DNA from: Octopus bimaculoides
Taxonomy: Eukaryota
Length of the DNA stretch: 31,704 nt
Assembly: GCF_001194135.2 (NCBI RefSeq)
Contig: NC_068985.1
Location: 18,010,847-18,042,550 of the forward strand
Direction: 5' to 3'
In this document: piece by piece, positions 1 to 11,215 of the stretch
How the letters are laid out: every line of letters starts with the position of its first letter
Numbering within the stretch: position 1 is the first letter of the stretch
Notes under the pieces: generated by a model
Database searches by the model: none
What the model was told of the DNA's origin: nothing
Seen by the model: only the letters and a program-made list of their open reading frames with translations
Translations under genes and position numbers: made by a program

Positions 1-849
1 AAATAGATAGTTAATTCTGGAACATCCTGTATTATACAATGAAGAAAAGAAGTCAAGCTCCTAGTGAGTAGTTTTCGAATCCCAGTTGACACCAGTTAAC
101 TCCCCTTAAGCTATACCATTCAGAAGAAAAAAAACATCCACAAACGTGACACACTCTCTGCCATACGATTATAAATGTGTGTACATCTGCCTAAGTAAGC
201 ATTTTTAGAATATGTATTTGTTATACAAACTTAAATTTTCCTACCGCCCACACATTGGTGACATGCAGTTTTGTTTCATTGTAAGATTATTCAATGTCTC
301 ATCTTTATAAAATATGAGTTGCTTCATTTATTTTGTGTACTTACGAGAGGTTGTTTTGGTTTTTGTATTCTTGTCTTTTAATAATCTTCCGTAATTTTAA
401 TTCTATTAATTAATACTGTAATAGTGGAAATGGTAGGTCTCAGAGTTTATCGATTTCCTAAATATTCTCTTTCAGGATTTTTGAACAACATACCTGCTTA
501 AATAATCGACAGCCTTAAGCTTGAACTGCGATTTAATTTACTGCAGAAATATATAAATGATAGAAAAATTTACAGCTGACTCGAACTCAGCAGAAGTCGT
601 CAATTAACGCACAGCATGTAATGCAATACAGTAAGAATATTCTCAGGAGCAGTTGCAAATTTTATTTTTTATTAATGTTTTATCTTACTAAATATCGGTA
701 AACTATATTCTTGTGTGGGTGAATTCCTTGTTTTGGTAAGGAGAGCTTGTTGGACTTTGTAAGGGTAGCTTGTAAACTATGATGGCACCGTAAGTAGTAC
801 TGGCACGAGGAAGACTTCCACGTTTTCTCTCCATTTTTTGCTTTCAGCT

Positions 850-935
850 TTACATTGCACACGCTCCACAAAACTCATCCTGAACTTTTTCCTCTACTCC
901 ACCAGATTCAAAACCACGTACGAATGCATAAACAC
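850..935 (-). CDS. Candidate terminal coding exon of an unidentified host gene: (G)VYAFVRGFESGGVEEKVQDEFCGACAM*
   Basis: Minus strand TGCAG|G acceptor (AG at 937-936), 27 open codons, TAA at 852-850, then AATAAA signals at 673-668 and 666-661. No repeat similarity recognised. Weak pyrimidine tract; protein not recognised. Confidence 0.4.
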
Positions 936-1090
936 CTGCACGTACATTTATATATATATATACACATACCCTACAAATCAAGTGCGATAATATATATCAC
1001 TAAAAAAAAATGGAGGAATTATCGATTTATAAAAATCCGGAAGCAAAATATTACCATAATATGGGTCTAAAATTAGAAACTACCCCTATA

Positions 1091-1260
1091 ATAATCCTTT
1101 TTATTAAAGGCACAAAACCTGAAATTTGTGGGGAGGGAACTGGTCGATTACATTGACTCCAGTGCGTAACTGATACTTATTTAATCGACTCCGAAAGGAT
1201 GAAAGGCAAAATCGACCTCGGCGCAATTTGAACTCAGAAAGTAGCGACAGACGAAATACC
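1091..1260 (-). mobile_element. tRNA-derived SINE, group A, 5'-truncated
   Basis: Shares the core GTCGACTTTGCCTTTCATCCTTTCGGGGTCGAT...AAGTACCAGT (reverse complement) and a GCCTT...AAAGGATT tail with the other group A copies. Confidence 0.85.
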
Positions 1261-1480
1261 TATTTCGTTATTGCCCACAAGGGGCTAAACATAGAGGGGA
1301 CAAACAAGAACAGACGAACGGATTAAGTCGATTACATCGACCCCAGTGCGTAACTGGTACTTAATTTATCGACCCCGAAAGGATGAAAGGCAAAGTCGAC
1401 CTCGGCGGAATTTGAACTCAGAACGTAACGGCAGACGAAATACCGCTAAGGATTTCGTCCAGTGCGCTAACGATTCTGCT
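1261..1480 (-). mobile_element. tRNA-derived SINE, group A, with a different 3' tail
   Basis: tRNA-like head (GCAGAATCGTTAGC...GAGTTCAAATTCC, box A/B-like) plus core, ending in GTCCCCTCTATGTTTAGCCCCTTGTGGGCAATAACGAAATA on the minus strand. Confidence 0.85.
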
Positions 1481-1726
1481 ATCTCGCATCATCATCGTCG
1501 CCTTCGTCGTCNNNNNNNNNNNNNNNNNNNNNNNNNNNNNNNNNNNNNNNNNNNNNNNNNNNNNNNNNNNNNNNNNNNNNNNNNNNNNNNNNNNNNNNNN
1601 NNNNNNNNNNNNNNNNNNNNNNNNNNNNNNNNNNNNNNNNNNNNNNNNNACTTGGCACTGCCGACAGAGCACTTTCAATACAATAAACTGTGCACGTAGA
1701 ATACTTTCAATATAATAAAGTTATAA

Positions 1727-1940
1727 GGCAGCGAGTTGGCAGAGTCGTGAGCACGCCGGGGAAAATGCTTAGCAGTATTTCATCCGCCTTTATGTTCCGA
1801 GTTCAAATACCGACGAAGTTGACTTTGCCTTTCATCCTTTCGGGGTCAATAAAATAAGTACCAGTTGAGCACAGGGGTCGATGCAATCGACTTAACCCCT
1901 CCCCACAAAACTGCTGGCGTTATGCCAAAATTTGAAACCA
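1727..1940 (+). mobile_element. tRNA-derived SINE, group A, full length
   Basis: GGCAGCGAGTTGGCAGAGTCG head, GAGTTCAAATACC box B-like motif, conserved core and GCCAAAATTTGAAACC tail. Confidence 0.9.
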
Positions 1941-1989
1941 ATGTAATAGAATAATACAGACCGGAAAAATGCTGCATATATCCAGATAT

Positions 1990-2780
1990 GTGTTCAGTAG
2001 TGCGTGCTGTGAAAGTCCAGTAGAAATAAGACCATTGAATAATAATAACTTCCATAGTGCTTTCTACTTTGATGGTGATGTCGTTCATTTAAGCCAGCAC
2101 TACATTCCCGCGTTTCAGTTCGAACAGGATGCTCCTCAGCACTCATAGATTTCACTGCTATGGCTTCACTTCCAAAATGTGCAAGAGCAATAGCGGTGAA
2201 CTGCTGTGACAGACAAAACATGTGATTCAATACAATTTCTGTAGGTGGCCCCTGATCAGATGCTGCTGTACATTGAAGCAATTCAGCCTCTGAAAAAGAG
2301 TTTGAAACCAGATGCATTATGGACCCCCTCCAAATATCGATGGCCGACGCTTTCAAAATCTCAGATGCCATTCTAGTCCTCTATCAGCACTAACGGAAGA
2401 GGCGTTCCCAAGAACGACTCTAGATATTTGAAGATGATCAGCAGCTATTCCACAGTTGGCGCTCAAACAGCCTCTAATTTGAAGTCACCATTTAGATCCC
2501 ATTTAGGATCACCGATTTACTGTTCAGATCCCCAGAAGTGCCTTGAGATCCAGGGGTTATACTAACAATACTTCCACCTCGCTCGACCCGAGCCAATTAG
2601 AAGATGAATGTGCCTAGTAATCATTTAGAAGTATGAATGATTGCACGCAAGGAATACTGATCTCATTTATGGCTACTATATCCAAATTTAATGACCTTGG
2701 TTCAACTTTGCTTCTAGTCTCACTCCAAATTTCAGTACGGCTATGTTGGGCGGTGGGTCTGAAAGATCGGAAAATCTAGT
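1990..2780 (-). mobile_element. Highly decayed APE-endonuclease LINE remnant (RTE/CR1/L2-like)
   Basis: Minus-strand fragments LKFGVRL, SLNLDIVAINEI and LNGDFK resemble apurinic-endonuclease motifs in the expected order; many stops and frameshifts. Confidence 0.35.
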
Positions 2781-3026
2781 CTTTTCCCCGGGAAGAGCAT
2801 TTTTAATGTTGAAGGACAAGTACTTCAAACTTCTCGGCAAGGAGGGGGATCCTTGACAACTCTTTTCAAAAGGTTCTTCTCTTCTTTGATCAGGAACATT
2901 TTATGTTACCTGGGAAGTTTCTCGTTAGGTCCCCGTAAATCTCTTTTGAGGTTTTTAACAGAAATCTCTTCTGTGGTATCCTGGAAATGAGCTTCCCCAG
3001 ACCCATCTCTTTGAATACTTTTATTT

Positions 3027-3477
3027 TTTATCTTTTACTTGTTTCAATCATTAGACTGTGACCATGCTGGGGCACCGCCACGGGGAACTTTTAGTCGATT
3101 GAATCGTCCCCAGTCTTTACTTTCTTTAAAAGCCTGGTATTTATTCTATCTGTCTTTTTTTGCCGAACTGCTAAGTTACGGAGAAGTAAACACACCGACA
3201 CCGGTTGTCAAACGGTGGTGAGAGACAAACAAGCACAAATACACACACACATTCACACAATGATAGGCATACACTCTCACACACACACATATATATACAC
3301 ACACATACATATAATCACACACACACACACAACAGGCTTCTTTCAGTTTCCGCCAACCAAATCCACTCACAAGGCTTTGGTCGTCCCGAGGCTATAGCAG
3401 AAGACACTTGCCCAAGGTACCACTGAACTCGGAACCATGTGGTTGGGAAGCGAACCTCTTATCACACAGCCACGCAT
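3027..3477 (-). mobile_element. SINE group B (tRNA head, internal CA/TA microsatellite), near full length
   Basis: Reverse complement of GCGTGGCTGTG...CTTGGGCAAGTGTCTTCT...GGAAACTGAAAGAAGCC, microsatellite, then ...CCAGCATGG...GAAACAAGTAAAAG; aligns to 16089-16532. Confidence 0.9.
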
Positions 3478-3582
3478 ATTTTCAATGAAACTCATTAACT
3501 CTTTGTCCTACAGTAAAATTGATGACGGGTTGTTTTTGTGTTTTTGCTAATTGGATTTACTGTCGCTGTCAACGTTGTTGGT

Positions 3583-3721
3583 GTGGCGGTGGTGGTGGCG
3601 GNNNNNNNNNNNNNNNNNNNNNNNNNNNNNNNNNNNNNNNNNNNNNNNNNNNNNNNNNNNNNNNNNNNNNNNNNNNNNNNNNNNNNNNNNNNNNNNNNNN
3701 GGCGGTGGTGGTGGTGGTGGC
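3583..3721 (+). repeat. (GGT/GGC)n microsatellite spanning a gap
   Basis: Direct reading on both sides of the N run. Confidence 0.85.
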
Positions 3722-4061
3722 TGATTGACGAGCTTTCCGGTGTTCCATCTTATCTTTCAAATTGCTGATTTGAGACTTGCTTCAGGCTTTTTGTGGAATA
3801 TGGAAAAGTTCTGACATTCACAAAATTCAAACCATTTTTCCCCCTGTTGTCGCTTGACATCCTGCATTGCCAGACAACAGCCATCCTCAAAATCTCTTAA
3901 ACAACCCGAACCAAATTATCGGGTGTTTCCTTACCAATCACTCAGCAATGATCCCCAAGAAAATTCCTACAATCCCTTTTCTGCTGGTAATCTATAAATT
4001 TCCTTCGAAATACTGCCTAACAAGAAAGCTCGACATTTACAACAACAAAAACCCTTCAGGG

Positions 4062-4226
4062 TAGGCGCAGGCTGTGTGGTTAAGAAAGAAGTTCACTTGG
4101 AAACTACCTGATTTCGGATTCAGTTCCACCGCACGGCTCCTTGGGTAAATGTCTTCTACTACCACTCCGGGCTGATTAATGTCTTGAAAGTAAATTTGGT
4201 AGACGGAAACTGAATGGAAGCCCTCC
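4062..4226 (+). mobile_element. SINE group B, 5' part, diverged
   Basis: GGCGCAGGCTGTGTGGTTAAGAA...CTTGGGTAAATGTCTTCTACTA...TTTGGTAGACGGAAACTGAA. Confidence 0.8.
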
Positions 4227-4469
4227 CATCCTATGATCATTACCTTTAAGCTGGCGAATAAAAAAAACCCTGCTTTTGAATGGTACATATTCATTAATAA
4301 ATTTCCTTAAACTGTTCGCCGCAAACGTTCACCAGCTTGAGTATCTTCTCAATATCATCGAATAGTCTACGGACATTATGAAACCAGGCAGACTTGACCA
4401 ATTGAGCTAACGATTTCGATCTCCCGAAAGGTGGTGGTGGCGGTGGTGGAATAATAATACAGGAACCGA

Positions 4470-4760
4470 ACAATTTCGTATTCTTCTAAAACTTTGTCAT
4501 AGATAAGGGCAAGATCCTATCTGTTCTTAGAGTGTAAGAACAGAAGAAATGGGAATTAAAAGATAAATGAATATTTTTGACAAAGTCAAAAAATTACCTA
4601 GTAATCATTGTAATTTGTCTTGGCATCGATTGCCAGCGGACACATGCTGCTGACGAAGTTCCAAAAATCAGAAATGTGCGTCTAGCAATACCAACACTGC
4701 TACTGCACGATTTTTGTCTTTTACTGACATATTTCTGTATTATTTAACACATTGCACTCC
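4470..4760 (+). mobile_element. Probable 3' end of a Penelope-like element (endonuclease tail plus terminal repeat)
   Basis: VIDKGKIL...EQKKWELKDK*IFLTKSKNYL weakly resembles PLE GIY-YIG C-termini and is followed by a hammerhead-like motif at 4645-4687. Confidence 0.4.
4645..4687 (+). ncRNA. Minimal type I hammerhead-like motif, degenerate stem II
   Basis: TGCTG-CTGACGA-A-GTTCCAAAAATCA-GAAA-TGTGCG-TC-TAGCA. Stem I TGCTG/TAGCA, core intact, GUC site. Stem III is compatible with CpG-decayed ACGCGCGT. Stem II does not pair. Confidence 0.6.
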
Positions 4761-5640
4761 AAGACATATTATCTCCGGACGAATACCACAGGCGATGCAA
4801 AAATATTATTTATGCCTTCAATACATTTTTGATACAAGCCATAACACAAAATATTGTACTGGAGTGATAGAACTAAATTCTTTGAACTGCAATACTAGAA
4901 ATCTACAAATGAACTTATCTCATACTGCACAATAAATATAACACACAACAGCTGCATATCCTTTGAGGAGAATAGAAGGGAGGACGGACTATTGAGTGTT
5001 CGGGAAGAATATAAAAAGTGAATGATTAATGCCATCCGCCATCTTCCCAACTTACAAGACAATGATCGAACAAAGTAATAAATCGATTATATCTGCAGCA
5101 ACATAATTCCCACAAAAAAATAGGAGTGGACATAGAACGGAGAAAGCCTAAACGTCAAACAGCAACAGAAAGTGACGTAGTGTTGGTACAGAAGTCAAGC
5201 CCAGTAAACGACCATACAAATATGCCTATACATGGTCAATGTTTATACAATCTAGATACCCCTTATATATATTTTTTAAAAAAACGGCTTACCTGAATGC
5301 ACAAATTTAACCTGAATAGAGCAAAGGAATCAACAACATTGGTAATATAGAAATAGATCAACACCACTGCTGCAATATAGACAAATATCTGTTATGTAAA
5401 TCATTTCTTGAGGTATGGAAACAATAACGTAGTAAAATTGCTCTACAATCACCTAGCCACAAAATCTAAGTTGAAGAAGCTGTTACCCAAGTAAAACTCT
5501 ATTTGTCTTCAAAATTACCATGCGAAAATACTAAATGATCCCACTTGTTCCGACCGACAAAATATTCGTAGCAAAGCTGCTCTTCAGATACTTGGTCGCC
5601 TAATTTCAACTCCTCGAAGAAAAAGCTCAGTTGTAATTAT
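4760..5640 (+). mobile_element. R4/Dong-clade LINE fragment (post-RT to restriction-like endonuclease region), decayed
   Basis: YCTGVIE...LNCNTRNL, YPLRRIEGR, MPIHGQ, RLT*MHKFNL...ESTTLVI*K*INT and HFLRYGNNNVVKLLYNHLATK match, in order, the motifs seen in 21667-23736 and 23810-24486. Confidence 0.7.
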
Positions 5641-5895
5641 ATTAATCATTTTTAGAAAAAAAAAATCAAAAAAAGTATACTTTCAGCATATAAGTATATT
5701 ACCAGATAACTCATGAGTTTGTCATAACTTTTAATCTCAAAAAAACAGCATTAGTCTACTAATCAATACCAAATGTCTCTAATGCCATGTGGAAGCGACT
5801 GAAAAGGAATTGCACTAACCAAGCTGTTGAATTGAAAGCATTATGACAGTTCTGAAATGTATCTGTTATTCCATTTGTAGTTATTATAGTAGAAA

Positions 5896-6082
5896 GGCGC
5901 CGAGATGCAGAATCATTGGCGCACCGGACAAAATGCTTAGTGGTATTCCTTCCGCTCTTTACGTTCAAAAATGTCTTTTGTTCTTCCAGGGTCGATAAAA
6001 TAAGTGCCAGTCAAGCACTGCGTTTGATGCAATCGACTCTCACTCCCCACTAAAATTATTGGCCTTGTGCTAGAATCTGAAA
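5896..6082 (+). mobile_element. SINE group A, internally deleted and diverged
   Basis: Head, partial core GGGTCGATAAAATAAGT and GGCCTTGTGC tail. Confidence 0.75.
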
Positions 6083-6104
6083 AAAATTATAATAATTAGT
6101 ACAT

Positions 6105-6215
6105 TAGATGCAATATGATCGCAATTACGAGGTCCAGGGTTCGACCCCACTGCACGACATTTGAGTCGTTTTCTATAGCCTCGAGTCGATTCATACCTTG
6201 TGAATGAAGAGACCA
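6105..6215 (+). mobile_element. SINE group B-like fragment
   Basis: GGGTTCGACCCCACTGCACG...TTCTATAGCCTCGAGTCG...CCTTGTGA. Confidence 0.55.
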
Positions 6216-6741
6216 TATACAAGCCTGTCAAGTGTATTCAAAAGTTGTAGTTTTATCAAACACTATATCACGCTGTCTGAGAATTTCGTTAAAGGTAAAC
6301 TTGAAAATAATGAAGAATAGTAAAACAACTGTAGTTATAAAGCTAGTGTTCAGAACATGAATTAACTTTGAATTTTGTTGTAAGGGTTTAATTTAAATCA
6401 TTATAAGACAGGAACTTTGTATCATAGAATCAAGCACNNNNNNNNNNNNNNNNNNNNNNNNNNNNNNNNNNNNNNNNNNNNNNNNNNNNNNNNNNNNNNN
6501 NNNNNNNNNNNNNNNNNNNNNNNNNNNNNNNNNNNNNNNNNNNNNNNNNNNNNNNNNNNNNNNNNNNNNNNNNNNNNNNNNNNNNNNNNNNNNNNNNNNN
6601 NNNNNNNNNNNNNNNNNNNNNNNNNNNNNNNNNNNNNNNNNNNNNNNNNNNNNNNNNNNNNNNNNNNNNNNNNNNNNNNNNNNNNNNNNNNNNNNNNNNN
6701 NNNNNNNNNNNNNNNNNNNNNNNNNNNNNNNNNNNNNNNNN

Positions 6742-6825
6742 TTTTTTTTATCGATCCCGGAAAGATGAAAATTACAACCGACAACGATGAGATTTGAACT
6801 CAGAACATAAATGGATGTAACTAAG
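6742..6825 (-). mobile_element. SINE group A fragment
   Basis: TATCGATCCCGGAAAGATGAAA...ATTTGAACTCAGAAC. Confidence 0.6.
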
Positions 6826-7833
6826 TTAATTTAGAGTTTTTGTTTCTGTAATTATCCAATGCTAATTATATTCTGATGGCTTCTCCTTTCAAAACTTTCG
6901 TTTTTATTAAAATCTTCCATAAGCGATTTTATTAAAATTATTTTATAAAATTTGAAATATAGAAAGCTGTCATGTCTCAGATATCCAATCATAGACACTT
7001 TAGAATATCTATTTGTGATAAACTGCCTTTCTTTCTGTTCTCTGCACTTCACTGCCCAATATCTATCCCCCTCTTCTCTCTGTTATCTCTAGTATATTTT
7101 TGAGGTTTCGTAAATTCTCATCTGTTTTAAAATTTAACATTCGATTTGACATGTTGACATCTAAAAGTCGCGTATTTTATTATGGAGACACGGACTGTCA
7201 TTTCTGACAATATTGGATGGTGAATTCTCTATTTCATAAGAAATTCAAAACTTTAGCTCCTCCCTTTACTACGGTTATGGACATTTAAAGTGAAAAGTGT
7301 ATTGTTTTACCTATTGCGTTCAAAATATTTATCGTAACTAATGAATATCCCACTCAAGCTGGTGTGGCTTAAATTACTACATTGTTTGTTTGGGATTGAG
7401 TGTGCACATACATTGTGGCAGCATTATCGAAGTATTGAACTACATTTACAAGTATATTATATCTAATACGTACATACATGCATGCATACAGGCATATATA
7501 TATAATTAAAGAGGAATATGAAAATACATTACGAAGGAGATATCATAAACAATTCATAATTATTTACGAATATATCAATGGGCAAACATGTAGTCAAAAG
7601 ATTTCATAAAAGAAATGTATATAATTACGAATATATCACAATTATAACGGAAAGGCTTGCTATAAAGCCACTATAACCACTCATATTTTATCTCTTCAAG
7701 ATAAAACTGTTGGCGGGTGACATGACATAAAATTCAAAACTTCAATAAAAGGTGAATTCTCTATTGCAATTTCGAAGTTAGGAACCAAAAACGGTTCCAC
7801 TCTTCTCTTCAGGAGAACATTTCTGTAGATACG

Positions 7834-7918
7834 TTTTGGCCAAGTGTCTTCTGCTAGAGCCTTGGGCCGATCAATGCCTCGTGATTTGATTTGGTTGACG
7901 GAAAATAAAAGAAGCCCA

Positions 7919-7957
<39 letters not shown>
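7834..7957 (+). mobile_element. SINE group B fragment running into (GT)n and a gap
   Basis: CAAGTGTCTTCTGCTAGAGCCTTGGGCCGA...GACGGAAAATAAAAGAAGCCCATCG(TG)n. Confidence 0.8.
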
Positions 7958-8496
7958 NNNNNNNNNNNNNNNNNNNNNNNNNNNNNNNNNNNNNNNNNNN
8001 NNNNNNNNNNNNNNNNNNNNNNNNNNNNNNNNNNNNNNNNNNNNNNNNNNNNNNNNNNNNNNNNNNNNNNNNNNNNNNNNNNNNNNNNNNNNNNNNNNNN
8101 NNNNNNNNNNNNNNNNNNNNNNNNNNNNNNNNNNNNNNNNNNNNNNNNNNNNNNNNNNNNNNNNNNNNNNNNNNNNNNNNNNNNNNNNNNNNNNNNNNNN
8201 NNNNNNNNNNNNNNNNNNNNNNNNNNNNNNNNNNNNNNNNNNNNNNNNNNNNNNNNNNNNNNNNNNNNNNNNNNNNNNNNNNNNNNNNNNNNNNNNNNNN
8301 NNNNNNNNNNNNNNNNNNNNNNNNNNNNNNNNNNNNNNNNNNNNNNNNNNNNNNNNNNNNNNNNNNNNNNNNNNNNNNNNNNNNNNNNNNNNNNNNNNNN
8401 NNNNNNNNNNNNNNNNNNNNNNNNNNNNNNNNNNNNNNNNNNNNNNNNNNNNNNNNNNNNNNNNNNNNNNNNNNNNNNNNNNNNNNNNNNNNNNNN

Positions 8497-9975
8497 GTTC
8501 AAAAAAGGAAAAAGACAAAAAATCAACAACGTGAGGACGTGATACAGATTGTGTTACTAGACGCTCGGGAAAGGAAAGAGAGAGAATATGACGTTTCGAG
8601 CAGAGTTCTTCGTCGGAAACAAGGAAAGTCCAAAGAAGGGAAAAACGGAGGAAGAAAAAATCGCCAACGATGTCCACGAGGTTACATTGCGGAAGGACCG
8701 GAAGGGAAGGGGTGGAGGAAAAGTTCTTTCTAAGACACGGAACGTACTCTGGTGAGGGCTGCGTGGATAGTAATGAGGGGATATCCACGAAGGATGAAGC
8801 CTGTGCAGACTGAGGAATTGGGAGTAGGGGATGGAGAGCTTGGTGTAGGTAGGGTGGGAGGAAGAGAAGTTAAGGTATGAGTGTGAGTCGGTGTGTTTGT
8901 AGTGGATGGAGGTAGTGAGAGCGGAGTAGTGTATGCTGAGCGAAATGTCAAGAAATGCGACGGAAGTGTTGGAAATAGTGCAGGAGAATTCGAGGGCAGG
9001 ATGGAAGGATTGGACAAAAGAGAGGAAGGAGCCTAGTTGTTCGCGGGAGAGTGAGATCGCACCGATACAATCATCAACATAACGACCGTATTGTTCGGAA
9101 GTGGGACCAGTGAATCGTGAGACTATTTGGGCCTCAACGTAGCCAACGAACAGGTTCGCATAGTCGGGGACCATTCTCATTCCCATGGCCACTCTCGAGA
9201 TCTATTGGTAAAAATCCACCCGCGAATGAGTAGCAATGGAGGGAGAGAACAGGTTTGGCCAAACGAAGAAGTGTGGAGGTGTCAGGTTGGGGGTTGGGTC
9301 GAAGGTCTAGGAAGTGTTCGAGTGCAAGAAGTCCTTCTTAGTCTGGGATCATCGTATATAGACTCTTGATATCAAGGGTGAAGAGAAGTTAAGAGGGGCC
9401 AGGAGGGAAGGAGAAAGAGTTGAAGAGACGGAGAACATGGTTAGTGTCATGGATATGAGAGGGGAGGGAAACCACTAGGAGCGCAAGGACACGGTCGAGG
9501 TATTTTGAGATCAATTCCGTGAGGCAATTACAGGCGGAGACGATGGGGCGGCCAGGGTTGTTGGGCGTGTGGATTTTGGGAAGGAAGTAAATGGTGGGGG
9601 TGGAGGTGAAGTGCGGACAATGAGGTTGGAGGTGGTGGGAGGGTGACGGGAGGAGGAAGTGAGGTCATGGATAGTGGAGGACACAGTCTGTTGCTAGTTA
9701 GGTGTGGGGTTGGAGAGTAGAGGGCGATAGAAGGTGTCTTGAAGTTGGTGGAGAACTTCAGCCTTGTAGAGGTCTGCGCGCCACACCACAACGGCTCCAC
9801 CCTTGTCAGCTGGTTTTATAATGATGTCTTTGCGGCGTCGGAGACATCGAAAGGCGGAGAGTTCGGCCGAGGAGATGTTAAAACGTCGGGGACACCTACG
9901 AAAGTTGAACCGATCCACAACACGTTGGCAGATGCTTGCAAAACGATCGATTGCTTGGAAAGTCAAAATAGAAGC
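8497..9975 (-). mobile_element. Penelope-like retroelement: degenerate RT plus terminal-repeat-like region; no GIY-YIG seen
   Basis: ORF pieces KPADKGGAVVVW, AMGMRMVPDYANLFVGYVE, RYVDDC, FLDI, SYLNFSSSHP...SIPYSQFL and RGYP are PLE RT/thumb motifs. Frameshifts and stops are present. The 3' region 8497-8695 is homologous to 19350-19564. Confidence 0.9.
8585..8621 (-). ncRNA. Degenerate minimal hammerhead motif in the PLE 3' repeat
   Basis: Minus strand TGTTT-CCGACGA-A-GAAC-TCT-GCTC-GAAA-CG-TC-ATATT. U4 is changed to C, stem II has a mismatch and stem I is broken; position matches the cleaner copy at 19446-19482. Confidence 0.6.
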
Positions 9976-10099
9976 GTAGACATTACTTTATTCCAAGTTG
10001 GTACATATATCCAATAGAAACTCTACAAGCTGTTTCCAAGCCTAATTAATTCAAAACAAAACGAAATATAATCCTTTTGAAATCACAAATTTGGCTTTT

Positions 10100-10430
10100 C
10101 CTCAGGAATTCATTATTGGAATGAATGAGTTCTACCAACAAATATAAAGACCTTTACAATAGCCCAGAAAGGAGCAAACAATTAAATCTACAGCTATTGG
10201 AACAATTTCTTGTATATACTCACAACTATATTTTGTTGAAGCAACTTTTTATTTTGTTCCAACACGGCAGTTTTTGGATGCACTCACTGACTTAAAAGCT
10301 TTCCCTAACCAATTGCAACAGACTTCATCAAAGTGATGTTGACGGGGGACAATCTGCTTACAAGCTCCAAGCTCACATCTTTGCTTCAATCTTCTGCTTA
10401 CTAACAAAGACCTCTAAGCAATGATGAAAT
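10100..10430 (+). mobile_element. Possible very old hAT transposase C-terminal remnant
   Basis: LEQFLVY...NCNRLHQSDVDGDNLLT is only weakly similar to hAT C-terminal regions; multiple stops. Confidence 0.25.
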
Positions 10431-11039
10431 CAACGAGATATAGAATAATCGATAAAATTATATAAATACATTTACAATATTAAACATTTTCCTCTCTGCC
10501 TTTTAATAACTTTTTTTTTCTCTCCATACTTCATTATAGTTTACAAATATGTGCTGAAATGTTTGATTAATTTAAATTATGTTTATTTCAGAACAATTTG
10601 TTTTGTTTTGTTTTTCTCAATATTTGTTAGAACTAATTCTTGTTTGTAAGCAAACTAATAGATCTTCATTAAAATGATAATTTCTCTTTCCTCTTCGCTT
10701 CATACTCACTTCCAATTTTTAATATCAATATTTAGTAATTACTTTCAGAATTTTGCAGATTATTTAGAATTCAAGACTTCCAACCGATTCTCTTGTTATA
10801 ATATTAATAAATGATTAAATTAATTTGAATCTCTATAACAAACAGATTTTTAAGAAGTAATCAATGGCGAAATCTTTTAACGATCACAATAGTGAAATAA
10901 CCAAATTGGAAAGTATCTTACAATGTCACTTGAATACATAAAAAAAAATATTATCTACAACCTTGTGCATTTTTTGATACTCTGATCAAGTAGATTTCGA
11001 CTTATAGATCATGGTAAATTGTGATATGACTATTGTTCA

Positions 11040-11215
11040 CAACAGAATATGTGCAACATGTGGAAAAGTGTGCCTCTCAGTTGGAGGAATGAAAAGGCAT
11101 GTCAAAAGAGTTCATACAGTGGCACCTGTTATTTTCTGTCAGCCAGCACTGCTGTGCATTATGTAATAGAATGTACAAAACTTTCGCCCGACTCAAGAGT
11201 CATACAAGGGTCTCA
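11040..11215 (+). mobile_element. Two C2H2 zinc fingers, probably the C-terminus of an RTE LINE ORF (a ZNF pseudo-exon is not excluded)
   Basis: CATCGKVCLSVGGMKRHVKRVH, then after a frameshift CALCNRMYKTFARLKSHTRVSH. Confidence 0.5.

Noticed and set aside
1727-1815. tRNA gene-like sequence in SINE heads
   Set aside because: Box A/B-like motifs continue into SINE core and tail; no complete cloverleaf.
5056-5390. Minus-strand hydrophobic 'exons' with GTAAG donors, suggesting a membrane-protein gene
   Set aside because: The plus strand carries ordered R4/Dong motifs; the hydrophobic reading is an antisense artefact and the frames contain stops.
6417-8788. Long ORFs containing X runs (also 1346-1699, 3519-3768 and 27409-28386)
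   Set aside because: Artefacts of reading through assembly gaps.
11040-11215. Member of the expanded cephalopod C2H2 ZNF gene family
   Set aside because: Only two fingers, a frameshift between them and no TGEKP linker; better explained as an RTE C-terminus, though not excluded.
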